Part shown: piece after piece, positions 16,701 through 24,452 of the stretch
Layout: the number at the start of each line of letters is the position of its first letter
How positions within the stretch are numbered: position 1 is the first letter of the stretch
Origin: Elusimicrobiota bacterium
Lineage (GTDB): Bacteria > Elusimicrobiota > Elusimicrobia > UBA1565 > UBA9628
Length of the DNA stretch: 64,000 nucleotides
NCBI GenBank assembly: GCA_016212825.1
Contig: JACRDS010000013.1
Span: forward strand, 31,677-95,676
Reading direction: 5' to 3'
The notes under the pieces: generated by a model
The model's database searches: none
Told to the model about the DNA's origin: nothing
Seen by the model: only the letters and a program-made list of their open reading frames with translations
Made by a program: the position numbers and the translations under genes

Positions 16701-18109
16701 TTCTCATGGCCGTGGGCCGGACCAAGAAAAAGAATGAAGGCTTTATCCCAGGCTCCGGATCGGGCGAGTTCAACAAGCCCCAGGGCGTGGCCCTGGACGA
16801 GGCAGGCAACATCTACGTCTCGGACACCAACAACCACCGGGTGCAGAAGCTCGGGCCGGACGGCAGCTTCAAGCTGGCCTTCCAGCTGCCTCCGGCCCCG
16901 GCGTGGTCCGGTGATGAGGACGACGGTGCGGACAGCTCCGGGCTGGGCCGGCCCGTGGGCATCGCCTTGGACGCCGCAGGCAACATCTATACGGCAGACC
17001 AGGCAGGAAGCCGCATCCTGAAGTTCGACCCGGCCGGGCTCCTGCTGGCCAGTTTCGGCGTGGGCATCACCTCCAGCCCCTTGGGCGTTGCGGTGAGCAG
17101 TTCTGGCGACTGCCTCTTCGCCTCGGATTCAGGCCATGACCGCATACTGCGCTTTGACGCCTCCGGCGAACTCCTGCTCGAGTTCAGCCTGGGCTTCAAC
17201 AAGCCTGCGGGCTTGGCCTTTGACGCAGGCCAGAGCCTCTTCGTCGCTGACCGCAACAACAACCGCATCGTCAAGATTGGAGCGCCTGCCGGACAGGCCG
17301 CGAAGGTCGTTTCGGGAGGCGAGAAGAACAAGACGGTCAAGGGGCGCATCACCAAGCAAGCCGGCGGCAGGCTCGACCGCGAGGACAAGGCCGCAGTGCT
17401 CATCCCGGCCCAGGCCTTGGCCGAGGACCTGGAGATCACCATCTCCTCGCCCGTGCTGCGCAGCGAGCTTGAAGAAGCCCTCAAGGCTCGCAAGCTCGGC
17501 CAGGCCAGCTTGGTCTCGGTCTCCACCGGTGTGGAGTACGGCCCCGAAGGCACGGTGTTCAACGCTCCCGTGACCCTGGTCCTGCCGTACGACCCGGTCG
17601 CGGTGAGCGCGGCCGGCTTGCGCGAGGCCGATCTTAAGGTCCACTACTGGAACCGGGACAGGCAGGAGTGGGAGGTCCTGACTTCCATCGTAGATGCGGG
17701 CGGCCGCGTGGTCATGGCCCAGACAATGCATTTCTCGCTCTATGAGGTGCTTGGCTCAGGTTCAGGAATGGGCGTGGCGGCCGCGGCCGACGAGGCCTTC
17801 GGTTATCGCGACGTCTACGCTTTCCCGAACCCGGCCCGACGCAGCAACCCCGTCATCCGGACCCAGGTGGGTCTGGCCGATTCCGTGGACGTGAACATCT
17901 ACGACATAGCGGGCAAGCTGGTCGGCTCCGGCAGCCTGACGGGCAGCCAGGTCCTTGACGACGGCAACGGCAAGGGGCCGCAGTACACCTACGATTACCT
18001 TTGGGACACCTCGAACGTGGGTTCCGGGGTCTACATCTATGCTGTGACGGCCAGGAAGGCAGGCTATTCGCCCATACGCAAACAAGGGAAGGTCGGCATC
18101 CTGAAATAG
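13799..18109 (+). CDS. 1436-aa secreted surface protein with FN3-like domains, NHL repeats and a FlgD-Ig/T9SS-type C-terminal domain
   Basis: Signal peptide. Repeated NKP.GVA.D..G.IYV.D..N.R(V/I) NHL units. C-terminal YAFPNPAR...VNIYDIAGKLV...GVYIYAV...GKVGILK matches the CTD/FlgD-Ig pattern. The start abuts the rhodanese stop. Confidence 0.8.
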   Translation: MSPKGLRRLGLASAASALCLALPVIKALGQTNSLCAVVKLEIKQQATLEREGFDAHLVIENNVIDQPLTSLKVQIYFKDAEGNPADQSFFVKVATLTGTNAVDGTGVVQSSGTADIHWLIIPAAGAGGNNPAGHRYGVSALITSVSNGAPQSVKTFDAYITVHPQPLIKLEYALPYEVFGDEPMTEGSIEPVEPFPLAARVTNIGYGAANNFQIESAQPKIVENKQGLLVDFKLIGTQVGGKTIPDTLLIPFGDIQPGAVSQASWLMTATLSGRFISFTSTFSHAAELGGQLTSLMQSVTTYTLLRDVLVDLPGRDQVPDYLVNTSMDREAMQDLLNSGSQPPAELILESDQAQPLPVTEVPGSLSGGIGGTSAALTYTMTGAVGSNIWVHSYAPWPYGKNVVLAYAKRGDGKLLNTKNVWISKHFRKSDLSTIYWINILDLTGSTNTYTLQFDPAGLDLPPGAVTDLAAATYPSGGSLALSWSSPGEDGYTGQLFGGHVFIDAQLSSAAAFSPANSQVRFATSAAAGGSQTYLASGFIGNATYYAAIFIQDTGGGMSGLSNLATAYTLPNPPLNLAISSVSAFSIAANWQVGNNSLPVTYSLGISTAMGGAIVAASPPQDSFNRSYTFTGLLPGTTYFIYGSAKNPDSSVTSPFSFMGSTQTLPGPRDALPPRTALAVNSPSATGADNVLIVGRVSTFTLTSLDDALAVGDGTGMGTAFQVLAVDGMVRPTFTNPSPAPGQVFASTFSLASEADGLYVLAYHGEDSLGNREDVHLATVAVDNTPPAAVLTSPSSACQGLCGVVKGRLDVRGSAADEHLAYWSLEVSSGADYALISSGTAASSGTLAVWDTVGLTGWQTLRLTAVDAVLNVAVATASVFLGEPSATLILGDNTVFNKPAGVAVGMDGKIYAADANNDRVAVFSATGTFLASFTGFKKPKAVAVDASGSIFVADTNGSSLVKLSTSGQILMAVGRTKKKNEGFIPGSGSGEFNKPQGVALDEAGNIYVSDTNNHRVQKLGPDGSFKLAFQLPPAPAWSGDEDDGADSSGLGRPVGIALDAAGNIYTADQAGSRILKFDPAGLLLASFGVGITSSPLGVAVSSSGDCLFASDSGHDRILRFDASGELLLEFSLGFNKPAGLAFDAGQSLFVADRNNNRIVKIGAPAGQAAKVVSGGEKNKTVKGRITKQAGGRLDREDKAAVLIPAQALAEDLEITISSPVLRSELEEALKARKLGQASLVSVSTGVEYGPEGTVFNAPVTLVLPYDPVAVSAAGLREADLKVHYWNRDRQEWEVLTSIVDAGGRVVMAQTMHFSLYEVLGSGSGMGVAAAADEAFGYRDVYAFPNPARRSNPVIRTQVGLADSVDVNIYDIAGKLVGSGSLTGSQVLDDGNGKGPQYTYDYLWDTSNVGSGVYIYAVTARKAGYSPIRKQGKVGILK

Positions 18110-18110
18110 C

Positions 18111-19034
18111 ATGAAGATAACCACTCTCGCCTTGCTGGCGCTTCTGACGCCCGCGGCAGTCCGGGGCGGCGAGACCGCGGCCTTCCTCAAGCTGGGCGTA
18201 GGCGCCCGGGCCGTGGGCATGGGAGGAGCCTACACGGCCTTGGCCAACGACGTCAACGCCCTGGGCTGGAACCCGGCTGGGCTCTCCTCTCTGAATAAGC
18301 GGGAACTGGGCGCCATGCACGCGGAGCTGGCAGCGCAGACCCGCTACGACTTCATAGGCTATGCCCAGCCCGTCAAGTACGGCACCCTTGGAGTCGGTGC
18401 TGTTTACCTGAGCCATGGCGGGCTGGAAGGACGCAGTGAGACTGGTGCTCCCACCGGCACCTACGGCGCCTCGGACCAGGCCGTGAGCCTGGGACTGGCA
18501 TCCCGACTGGACGCGGGCCTGCGCCTGGGCGCCAACGTCAAGTACATCAGAAGCAGCATCGCAAATGTCTCGGCGCAGAGCTTCGCCTTGGATCTGGGTG
18601 GGCAGTACGCTTTGAAAGGAGTCCGGGGCCCGGGTCTGCCTTTGCTAGGCGTGTCGGTCCAGAACCTGGGCCCCGGGATGAAATACCTGGACCAGACCTC
18701 GCAACTGCCCCTGACCATGGCGGCCGGCATAGGCTATCAGTTGCCCGTGGGCCTCACCTTTGCCATGGACTTCAAGCACAGGCCCCATAGCCGTGATTCA
18801 GAGCTCAGTGTAGGCACTGAATACGCCCTGCTGGCAAACTTCGCCTTGCGGGCCGGCTATGCCACGCAGAAGGCCTACAACGGCACCCGCGCCTCGGCGG
18901 GGGGATTCTCGGCCTTGAGCGGCTTCGCGACCGGCCTGGGCTTCAAGATGAAGGCCTACAGTCTGGACTACGCCTTCACCCCTGCCGGCGAAATGGGCAA
19001 CGTGCAGAGGTTCTCCCTCGGCGCCAGGTGGTGA
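18111..19034 (+). CDS. PorV/PorQ-family (TraF_2-like) outer-membrane beta-barrel protein
   Basis: Signal peptide, then LGVGARAVGMGGAYTALANDVNALGWNPAGL, the family N-terminal signature. Alternating beta-strand pattern with a terminal aromatic residue. Confidence 0.7.
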   Translation: MKITTLALLALLTPAAVRGGETAAFLKLGVGARAVGMGGAYTALANDVNALGWNPAGLSSLNKRELGAMHAELAAQTRYDFIGYAQPVKYGTLGVGAVYLSHGGLEGRSETGAPTGTYGASDQAVSLGLASRLDAGLRLGANVKYIRSSIANVSAQSFALDLGGQYALKGVRGPGLPLLGVSVQNLGPGMKYLDQTSQLPLTMAAGIGYQLPVGLTFAMDFKHRPHSRDSELSVGTEYALLANFALRAGYATQKAYNGTRASAGGFSALSGFATGLGFKMKAYSLDYAFTPAGEMGNVQRFSLGARW

Positions 19035-19046
19035 TTGGGGCGGGCG

Positions 19047-20384
19047 TCAGGTTCCCTGCTTCTTCAGCGTGGAGTATAGCAACCTGTTCGATATCTTGAG
19101 ACTGGACAGCGTCTTGATCTTCTTTCCGTGGTTTTCCGCGAGATTCCTGCGGATGACCTCGCCGATAAAGCGGTCCACGGTCTCAGGCAGGCCGTGGTCC
19201 AGGGCATAGCGGTACCAGACATCGTCCACGCAGACCCCGTCGGCCGACGGTCTGCCTGAGTCCTGGGCCAGATGCCGCCGCACCTGCTCCAAGGTCACAT
19301 GCCCCTCGACGCCGGCGGCCAACAACTCCACGAACTTCTTCAACTCCCGGGTATTTCCCGGCCAAGCGTGTTCGAGCAGGCAAGCCTTGGCCTCCGGGGC
19401 GAAGGAAAGCCGCTTGCCGCCCCGGGTGAAGAATCTGACGAGGGGCAGGATATCGCACTTGCGCTGGTACAGCGGCTTGAGGTTCACCGTGAAGCCGTGG
19501 ATGCGCTGGAAGAAATCGAAGCGCAGCCGCCCTTGAGCGATCAGCTTCTGCAGATCCTCCAGAGTGGCGCTGATGATGCGGAACTCGGAGGACTCAGGTT
19601 GGTCGGACCCCACCGGATAGAATGAGCGCTCCTCGATGGCCTTCAAGAGCTTGGTCTGCATGTTCAGGCTCATGGACCCAATCTCGTCGAGGAACAGGGT
19701 GCCCTTGTGCGCCTGCAGGAGCTTGCCCTTGCGGCTGTCCGCGGCGCCGGTGAAGGCCCCCTTCCTGTAGCCGAAGAGCTCCGCCTCCAGCAACTCTTCG
19801 GTATAGGCGGAGCAGTTGATGGCCACGAAAGCGCCTGCCCTGCGGGAGTGCTCGTGGATGAGCTGGCCCAGGCTCGTCTTGCCGGTTCCCGACGGCCCCA
19901 GTATCAAGATCGGCAGGTCCGAAGGGGCATACTTGGCGGCCTCGACGATGCTGGCCCTGGTGGCCGGGTCCTCGGTGACGAACTGGCGGGTGAAGACGAA
20001 ATCGGCGTTGAAGCCGGTCTTGCTCTGCCGGTACTTGGCGATGACTTCGCCGACATTGGCCTCCTCGTTGCCCTTGGCGTAGAAATCCTTGCACCCGAGG
20101 GCGTAGGCCTGCGTGACCACCTCCTCGGACTCCGAGGAGGACATGACCACGGGATAGATGCCCTTCTTGGCCGCGCGTGGGATGACCTTCAGGCCCGAGC
20201 ACTCATGGTCGTCCTCGCCCAGACGCAGGTCGATGAAGCAGATGTCGAAGCCGCCGGCGTCGAGAGCGTGGGAAGCCGCAGCCAAGTCCCCGGCCAACGT
20301 CACATCATGGCTGCCCAGGTGCTTGGCCATCGCTTTTTGGGCCAGCTTGTCGTCCTCGACCACGAGAATCCTGAGCTTTTCCAT
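19047..20384 (-). CDS. sigma-54-dependent response regulator (NtrC-type bEBP)
   Basis: Receiver domain, AAA+ Walker A GPSGTGKT, GAFTGA loop, and C-terminal Fis-type HTH. Confidence 0.9.
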   Translation of the reverse strand: MEKLRILVVEDDKLAQKAMAKHLGSHDVTLAGDLAAASHALDAGGFDICFIDLRLGEDDHECSGLKVIPRAAKKGIYPVVMSSSESEEVVTQAYALGCKDFYAKGNEEANVGEVIAKYRQSKTGFNADFVFTRQFVTEDPATRASIVEAAKYAPSDLPILILGPSGTGKTSLGQLIHEHSRRAGAFVAINCSAYTEELLEAELFGYRKGAFTGAADSRKGKLLQAHKGTLFLDEIGSMSLNMQTKLLKAIEERSFYPVGSDQPESSEFRIISATLEDLQKLIAQGRLRFDFFQRIHGFTVNLKPLYQRKCDILPLVRFFTRGGKRLSFAPEAKACLLEHAWPGNTRELKKFVELLAAGVEGHVTLEQVRRHLAQDSGRPSADGVCVDDVWYRYALDHGLPETVDRFIGEVIRRNLAENHGKKIKTLSSLKISNRLLYSTLKKQGT

Positions 20385-20499
20385 GAATGCAGCCTCCGTT
20401 TGAGCGGCTATTCTTTCAAATGAGAGATGGCCCCCTATTATACCCCACTTCCCGGCATCAGCAGGGTGCTTTTCCGCGCAATCCTGCGAGCGCAGTCCA

Positions 20500-20515
20500 T
20501 GGCACTCCGATTGCT
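20500..20515 (+). promoter_or_regulatory. sigma-54 (-24/-12) promoter TGGCAC-N5-TTGCT
   Basis: TGGCACTCCGATTGCT has exact consensus spacing. It lies 50 nt upstream of the 38-aa ORF and next to the divergent bEBP gene. Confidence 0.65.
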
Positions 20516-20565
20516 CCGCAAGGGGTGCATGTCGGCCATGAAATCAAAAACACGGAGGATTACAA

Positions 20566-20682
20566 ATGAAGAACATCGGCTCGCTGATGCAGGAACTCGG
20601 TCTCAGGATGGACGCGCAGAGCGCCACGATCTCCGCCGAGGCCTTGGAGGACGTCGAGGTCAACAGCATCCGGAAATACTAG
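20566..20682 (+). CDS. 38-aa candidate RiPP precursor peptide (not in ORF track)
   Basis: MKNIGSLMQELGLRMDAQSATISAEALEDVEVNSIRKY. GGAGG SD lies 8 nt upstream. The ORF sits directly upstream of the ABC exporter and RRE-rSAM/SPASM genes. Confidence 0.55.
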   Translation: MKNIGSLMQELGLRMDAQSATISAEALEDVEVNSIRKY

Positions 20683-20752
20683 AGTATCGCCCGTGGGGAA
20701 CGGCGTTGGCGGCGGGAAAGCCCGCCAACGTCTCCCCGCGAGGAGAGCCGAT

Positions 20753-22090
20753 ATGAGGTCCGTCTTCCTGACGCGCTGCACGGGGCTGAGCCTGGCCTTT
20801 CTGTTCCTGGAGCAGGCCATAGTGGCCTCCTCGACCATCTGGCTCGCGTTGCTGGCCCGGGCAGTCACCGGAGGAGGGGATATCCTCCCTCCTTTCATCG
20901 GCTTCATGTGCAGTCTCACCTTGGTGTACGTCCCGTCCATCTTCATGCGGACCTTCCTCGCCAAGGCGAAGGTCGCGGCGCTCGAACGATACCTGGACCT
21001 CTGCATGAAAGGACTGCGCTGCGTACCGCATCTCTCCCGCAGCCAGGCGTTCCAGCGCGAGAAGCGCCCCGCCATCGAGACGGAGTCTTTCCTGGTGATC
21101 GACGAGGCCTTCGATTTCGCGCAGCTCTCGCTGAGCCTCATCCTCAACGTGGCGTTCAACGTGTCCGCGCTCTGCATCGCCTTCGGCGCGCAGCTCCTGT
21201 GGGCGTACCTGCTTACGGCGGTCCTGGGAGTGGCCCTGACCGCGGCTTCCTCCGGGAAGGCGCGCCGCGACTCCGCTGCCATGCAGAAGACGCGCGGCAG
21301 AGCCTACGGAGCGCTGGCCGGAGCCTGGGACGCCGTTACCCTCGGCAACGCCTACAACCTGGGGCTTTGGAAGGCGGACTTCGAGGGCAAGGCCGCGGAC
21401 TACAGCTCGAAGTCCGCGGCCGCGGTCCGCAATCTCGAGGCCCTGACGAGCATGACCTTGTGGGTCTCGGTCATCCCCGTTGCCGCGGTCATGGCGCATG
21501 GGATGTTCTCGCCGACTTCCGACGCCGCGTTGAAGACCATGATCCTGGCTACGTTCCCTCGCCAGATCCAGGTCATCCAGTACATCGCGGAGATCGTCAA
21601 CTGCCTGCTCAAAGGCAGCGCCATCCGCGAGCGCGTCAGCGCCCTTGACCGGGCCATGACCGTCGGCAGTGCGACCGACGGCATGACAGGCAGGGTCCAG
21701 GTGGAGCGGCTTTCATGCGTCGATGCCGAGGGCCGGCGCATCGGGCTGGAGGGATTCGAGCCGCCCAAGGCGGGCCGCCTCACCGTGAGGGGGGACAACG
21801 GCTCCGGGAAATCCACCTTGCTCCTGGATCTCAAGCGCCGTCGGCCGGAGGGGTCCATCATCCTTCCGGCCCACAACCGGCTGCGCTTCGCGTCCGTGGC
21901 GGACGGGGACCTCTCCACGGGCCAGCGGCTCAGCCGCATCATGGACGAACTCTGCGGCGTCGAACCCCTGAGCCTGGTCCTCCTGGACGAGTGGGACGCC
22001 AACCTGGACAAGGAGAACATGGGCAGGATAGACGCCATGATCGACCGGCTGGCGCGGCGCTGCTGCGTCATCGAGGTCCGGCACCGATAG
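20753..22090 (+). CDS. ABC transporter, fused permease/ATPase (compact NBD)
   Basis: N-terminal multi-helix TMD. Walker A GDNGSGKST, signature LSTGQ, Walker B LVLLDEWD. ATG at 20753 with AGGAG SD. Confidence 0.75.
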   Translation: MRSVFLTRCTGLSLAFLFLEQAIVASSTIWLALLARAVTGGGDILPPFIGFMCSLTLVYVPSIFMRTFLAKAKVAALERYLDLCMKGLRCVPHLSRSQAFQREKRPAIETESFLVIDEAFDFAQLSLSLILNVAFNVSALCIAFGAQLLWAYLLTAVLGVALTAASSGKARRDSAAMQKTRGRAYGALAGAWDAVTLGNAYNLGLWKADFEGKAADYSSKSAAAVRNLEALTSMTLWVSVIPVAAVMAHGMFSPTSDAALKTMILATFPRQIQVIQYIAEIVNCLLKGSAIRERVSALDRAMTVGSATDGMTGRVQVERLSCVDAEGRRIGLEGFEPPKAGRLTVRGDNGSGKSTLLLDLKRRRPEGSIILPAHNRLRFASVADGDLSTGQRLSRIMDELCGVEPLSLVLLDEWDANLDKENMGRIDAMIDRLARRCCVIEVRHR

Positions 22091-22098
22091 GAGGCCGC

Positions 22099-23496
22099 AT
22101 GCTCAAACTCATGGAGGACGGCGCCGTCCAGGAATGCCGGCGGCCCGGCCCGGCGCAGGCCGGCGGCGGGACGGCCTATCCCGTCTACCATAGAGACCTG
22201 CACGGCGGCATGCTGGCGGCCAACTCCTTCATGGACGAGGTCTGGTTCGTGGAGGGCGGCGAACTCCTCGCGCACGGCAGGGACGCCATCCTCTCCCGCC
22301 TCGCTCAGGGCCCGGCGCCGGAGGCCTTGATCCGGGAGGCCGCCCTGCGGACCCAACGGCTGAAGGAGGCCGCGCCTTACGAACTCGCTTTTTGCCCGAC
22401 CTATTCCTGCAACCTCAGATGCGCCTACTGCTATCAGCAATTCGACCCCACGCTCGACAAGCGGGTCGTCAGCGACGAGAACCTCTCCAAGTTCCTCGCC
22501 TACGCCGGCGGGATGATAGACAAAGTCCGCGCCGCGCGGCCCGAGCGCCCCGTCGTCCTCCAGTTCTTCGGCGGAGAGCCGTTCACCCGGCCCGCCAAGC
22601 CCGTCATCAAGAAGCTCTTCGAGTTCTGCCGCGAGAGGAAGGTCCACGTCGCGGTGACGACCAACGGCGTCGGGGTTGACGACTTCTTCGACATCCTCCT
22701 GCCCTACCACGGCTACATCGCCAAGGTCGGGGTCACTCTCGACGGGGTGGGGGAGTTCCACGACAGCCGGCGCAAGAGCCGCGACGGCCGGGACACCTTC
22801 GACGGGATCGTCCGCAACATCAACGTGCTCCTGCGCGCGGGCATCCGCGTCATGACCTCCCTGACGCTCGACAAGAGCAACCTCGGCCAAGCGGAGCGGT
22901 TCTTCGCCTTCGCCGAGGCCCAAGGCTGGAGCGACAACCCCCTGGTCGAGCTTTCCGTGGCTCGGGTGGACGACCGCAAGTACGAGACCGGATACGACGC
23001 CATCATGTCCGAGGCGCGGCTCTTCAAGGAGCTGCTCGACCTCAACAGCCGCAAGCCTTTCCCGGCGAACATCCGCTTCGCCTTCCTCAAGACCAGCCTC
23101 CCGCTGGCCGCGAGACTCCGCAGCGCCTTCAATCAGAACGAGGCGGGCCGCGACAAGTTCAGGTACTGCTGGTCCTGCTCCGGCCTGGACAGCATGGTCT
23201 ACGTCGATTCCGGGCTCGATGTCTACCGCTGCACCTACACCGTGGGCGACAAGAGGTTCCGGATCGGGACCCTGGCCGGAGGATTCTCCACCGAGGAATG
23301 GGAGAAGCACTGGACCTGGGGCCGCAGGGAATGCCGCGAATGCCCGATAGGGGGCTACTGCTCCGGCGGCTGCCGGCTATCCGCTCAGAAGGACTTCGAG
23401 CGCAACTGCCGGGAAGAAAAGGCCAACTTCGAATACCTCATAGAGCATGTCGTCGCCCCCAAGCTCGCCGGCATGCTTCCCGCCAAGGCCGCCTGA
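22099..23496 (+). CDS. radical SAM/SPASM peptide-modifying enzyme with N-terminal PqqD-like RRE
   Basis: CNLRCAYC is a CX3CX2C motif. C-terminal CWSC...C and CRECPIGGYCSGGC (CX2CX5CX3C) form the SPASM motif. About 85 aa N-terminal extension resembles a PqqD-type recognition element. Confidence 0.85.
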   Translation: MLKLMEDGAVQECRRPGPAQAGGGTAYPVYHRDLHGGMLAANSFMDEVWFVEGGELLAHGRDAILSRLAQGPAPEALIREAALRTQRLKEAAPYELAFCPTYSCNLRCAYCYQQFDPTLDKRVVSDENLSKFLAYAGGMIDKVRAARPERPVVLQFFGGEPFTRPAKPVIKKLFEFCRERKVHVAVTTNGVGVDDFFDILLPYHGYIAKVGVTLDGVGEFHDSRRKSRDGRDTFDGIVRNINVLLRAGIRVMTSLTLDKSNLGQAERFFAFAEAQGWSDNPLVELSVARVDDRKYETGYDAIMSEARLFKELLDLNSRKPFPANIRFAFLKTSLPLAARLRSAFNQNEAGRDKFRYCWSCSGLDSMVYVDSGLDVYRCTYTVGDKRFRIGTLAGGFSTEEWEKHWTWGRRECRECPIGGYCSGGCRLSAQKDFERNCREEKANFEYLIEHVVAPKLAGMLPAKAA

Positions 23497-23574
23497 CGCT
23501 TCCGGCCGTCCTGCATCTTCAAGGCGCACAGCTCTCCGTGCATCGCGCGGCGTACTCTTTCTCCCGCCGCCCCG

Positions 23575-23590
23575 TGGCATTCGGATTGCT
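23575..23590 (+). promoter_or_regulatory. second sigma-54 promoter TGGCAT-N5-TTGCT
   Basis: TGGCATTCGGATTGCTCCGCA is nearly identical to the 20500 promoter, including the shared GATTGCTCCGCA. Confidence 0.55.
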
Positions 23591-23673
23591 CCGCATCAGG
23601 TGAAGGCGCAAGCCTTCGACCTGTGTAGCTTGGGGAATCGGCCCCAGGGCATCCACGATCCCGCCGGAACGGG

Positions 23674-24186
23674 ATGAGACCACGGGAGAAGACCAAACTC
23701 GTTTCTCTCTTCCGTCCCGGCCGCAGGAAGGCCGGACCGGAAGCGGGAGACGCGCCGAGGGGTCAAATGGATACGAAAGAGCCTGTATGCGTACAAGCAG
23801 CGAATCGGTCCGCGGCCTGCGCGGCCAGCCGTCCGGGCCCGGCCGTGGAGGAGGTGATGCGCCGCCGGACCTCCAGGGAGCGATGGGTCATCCTGATGAG
23901 GCATGTCCGCGGCCAGTACCCGCACGGGATCATGTACGGGGTGAACGTCGCCGACGGCATCATCGTCTCCTGCGACAAGCTGCAGCCTTGCTTGTCCTTG
24001 GAGCCCTCCCCGGCGGCGGGCGACGGAGCCGGGAAGGCCTTCGACGCCAATTGGGAGAAGCTGGAAGCCCTGTGCGGACGCATGGGAACGGGGCGTCTGA
24101 GCGAACTGAGGTTCAACGAGGGAAGGCCCGTATCCGTGCTGCCCCCGGCGCGGGGCTGGAGGTTCGGACGCAGAACTGATAACTGA
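23674..24186 (+). CDS. hypothetical protein
   Basis: Track ORF downstream of the second sigma-54 promoter. Alternative start at 23767 (MDTKE). No domain recognised. Confidence 0.45.
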   Translation: MRPREKTKLVSLFRPGRRKAGPEAGDAPRGQMDTKEPVCVQAANRSAACAASRPGPAVEEVMRRRTSRERWVILMRHVRGQYPHGIMYGVNVADGIIVSCDKLQPCLSLEPSPAAGDGAGKAFDANWEKLEALCGRMGTGRLSELRFNEGRPVSVLPPARGWRFGRRTDN

Positions 24187-24452
24187 CGACGTTCGCGTAA
24201 AGATCGGGTCAAGGTTAAGTACGCAGTCACCCGTGCGGCCGAAAGGCCGCGCCTGGTCCCAATGAGGGGCGGGGTGAGATCCCCCAGGCTTCGTTGTGAA
24301 GCCAGCCGGCCGGTCCCCCGGGCATAAGTCCCGGCACGACGGCAAGGCGACAGGTACCGTCTTGGCAGGGCATCCAGGCTATGACCTGGAGCCTCAACCC
24401 TAGAATCATCCGCTGACCGAAGAACGGAGGCGGGTGGCAGGATGGTACCTAA

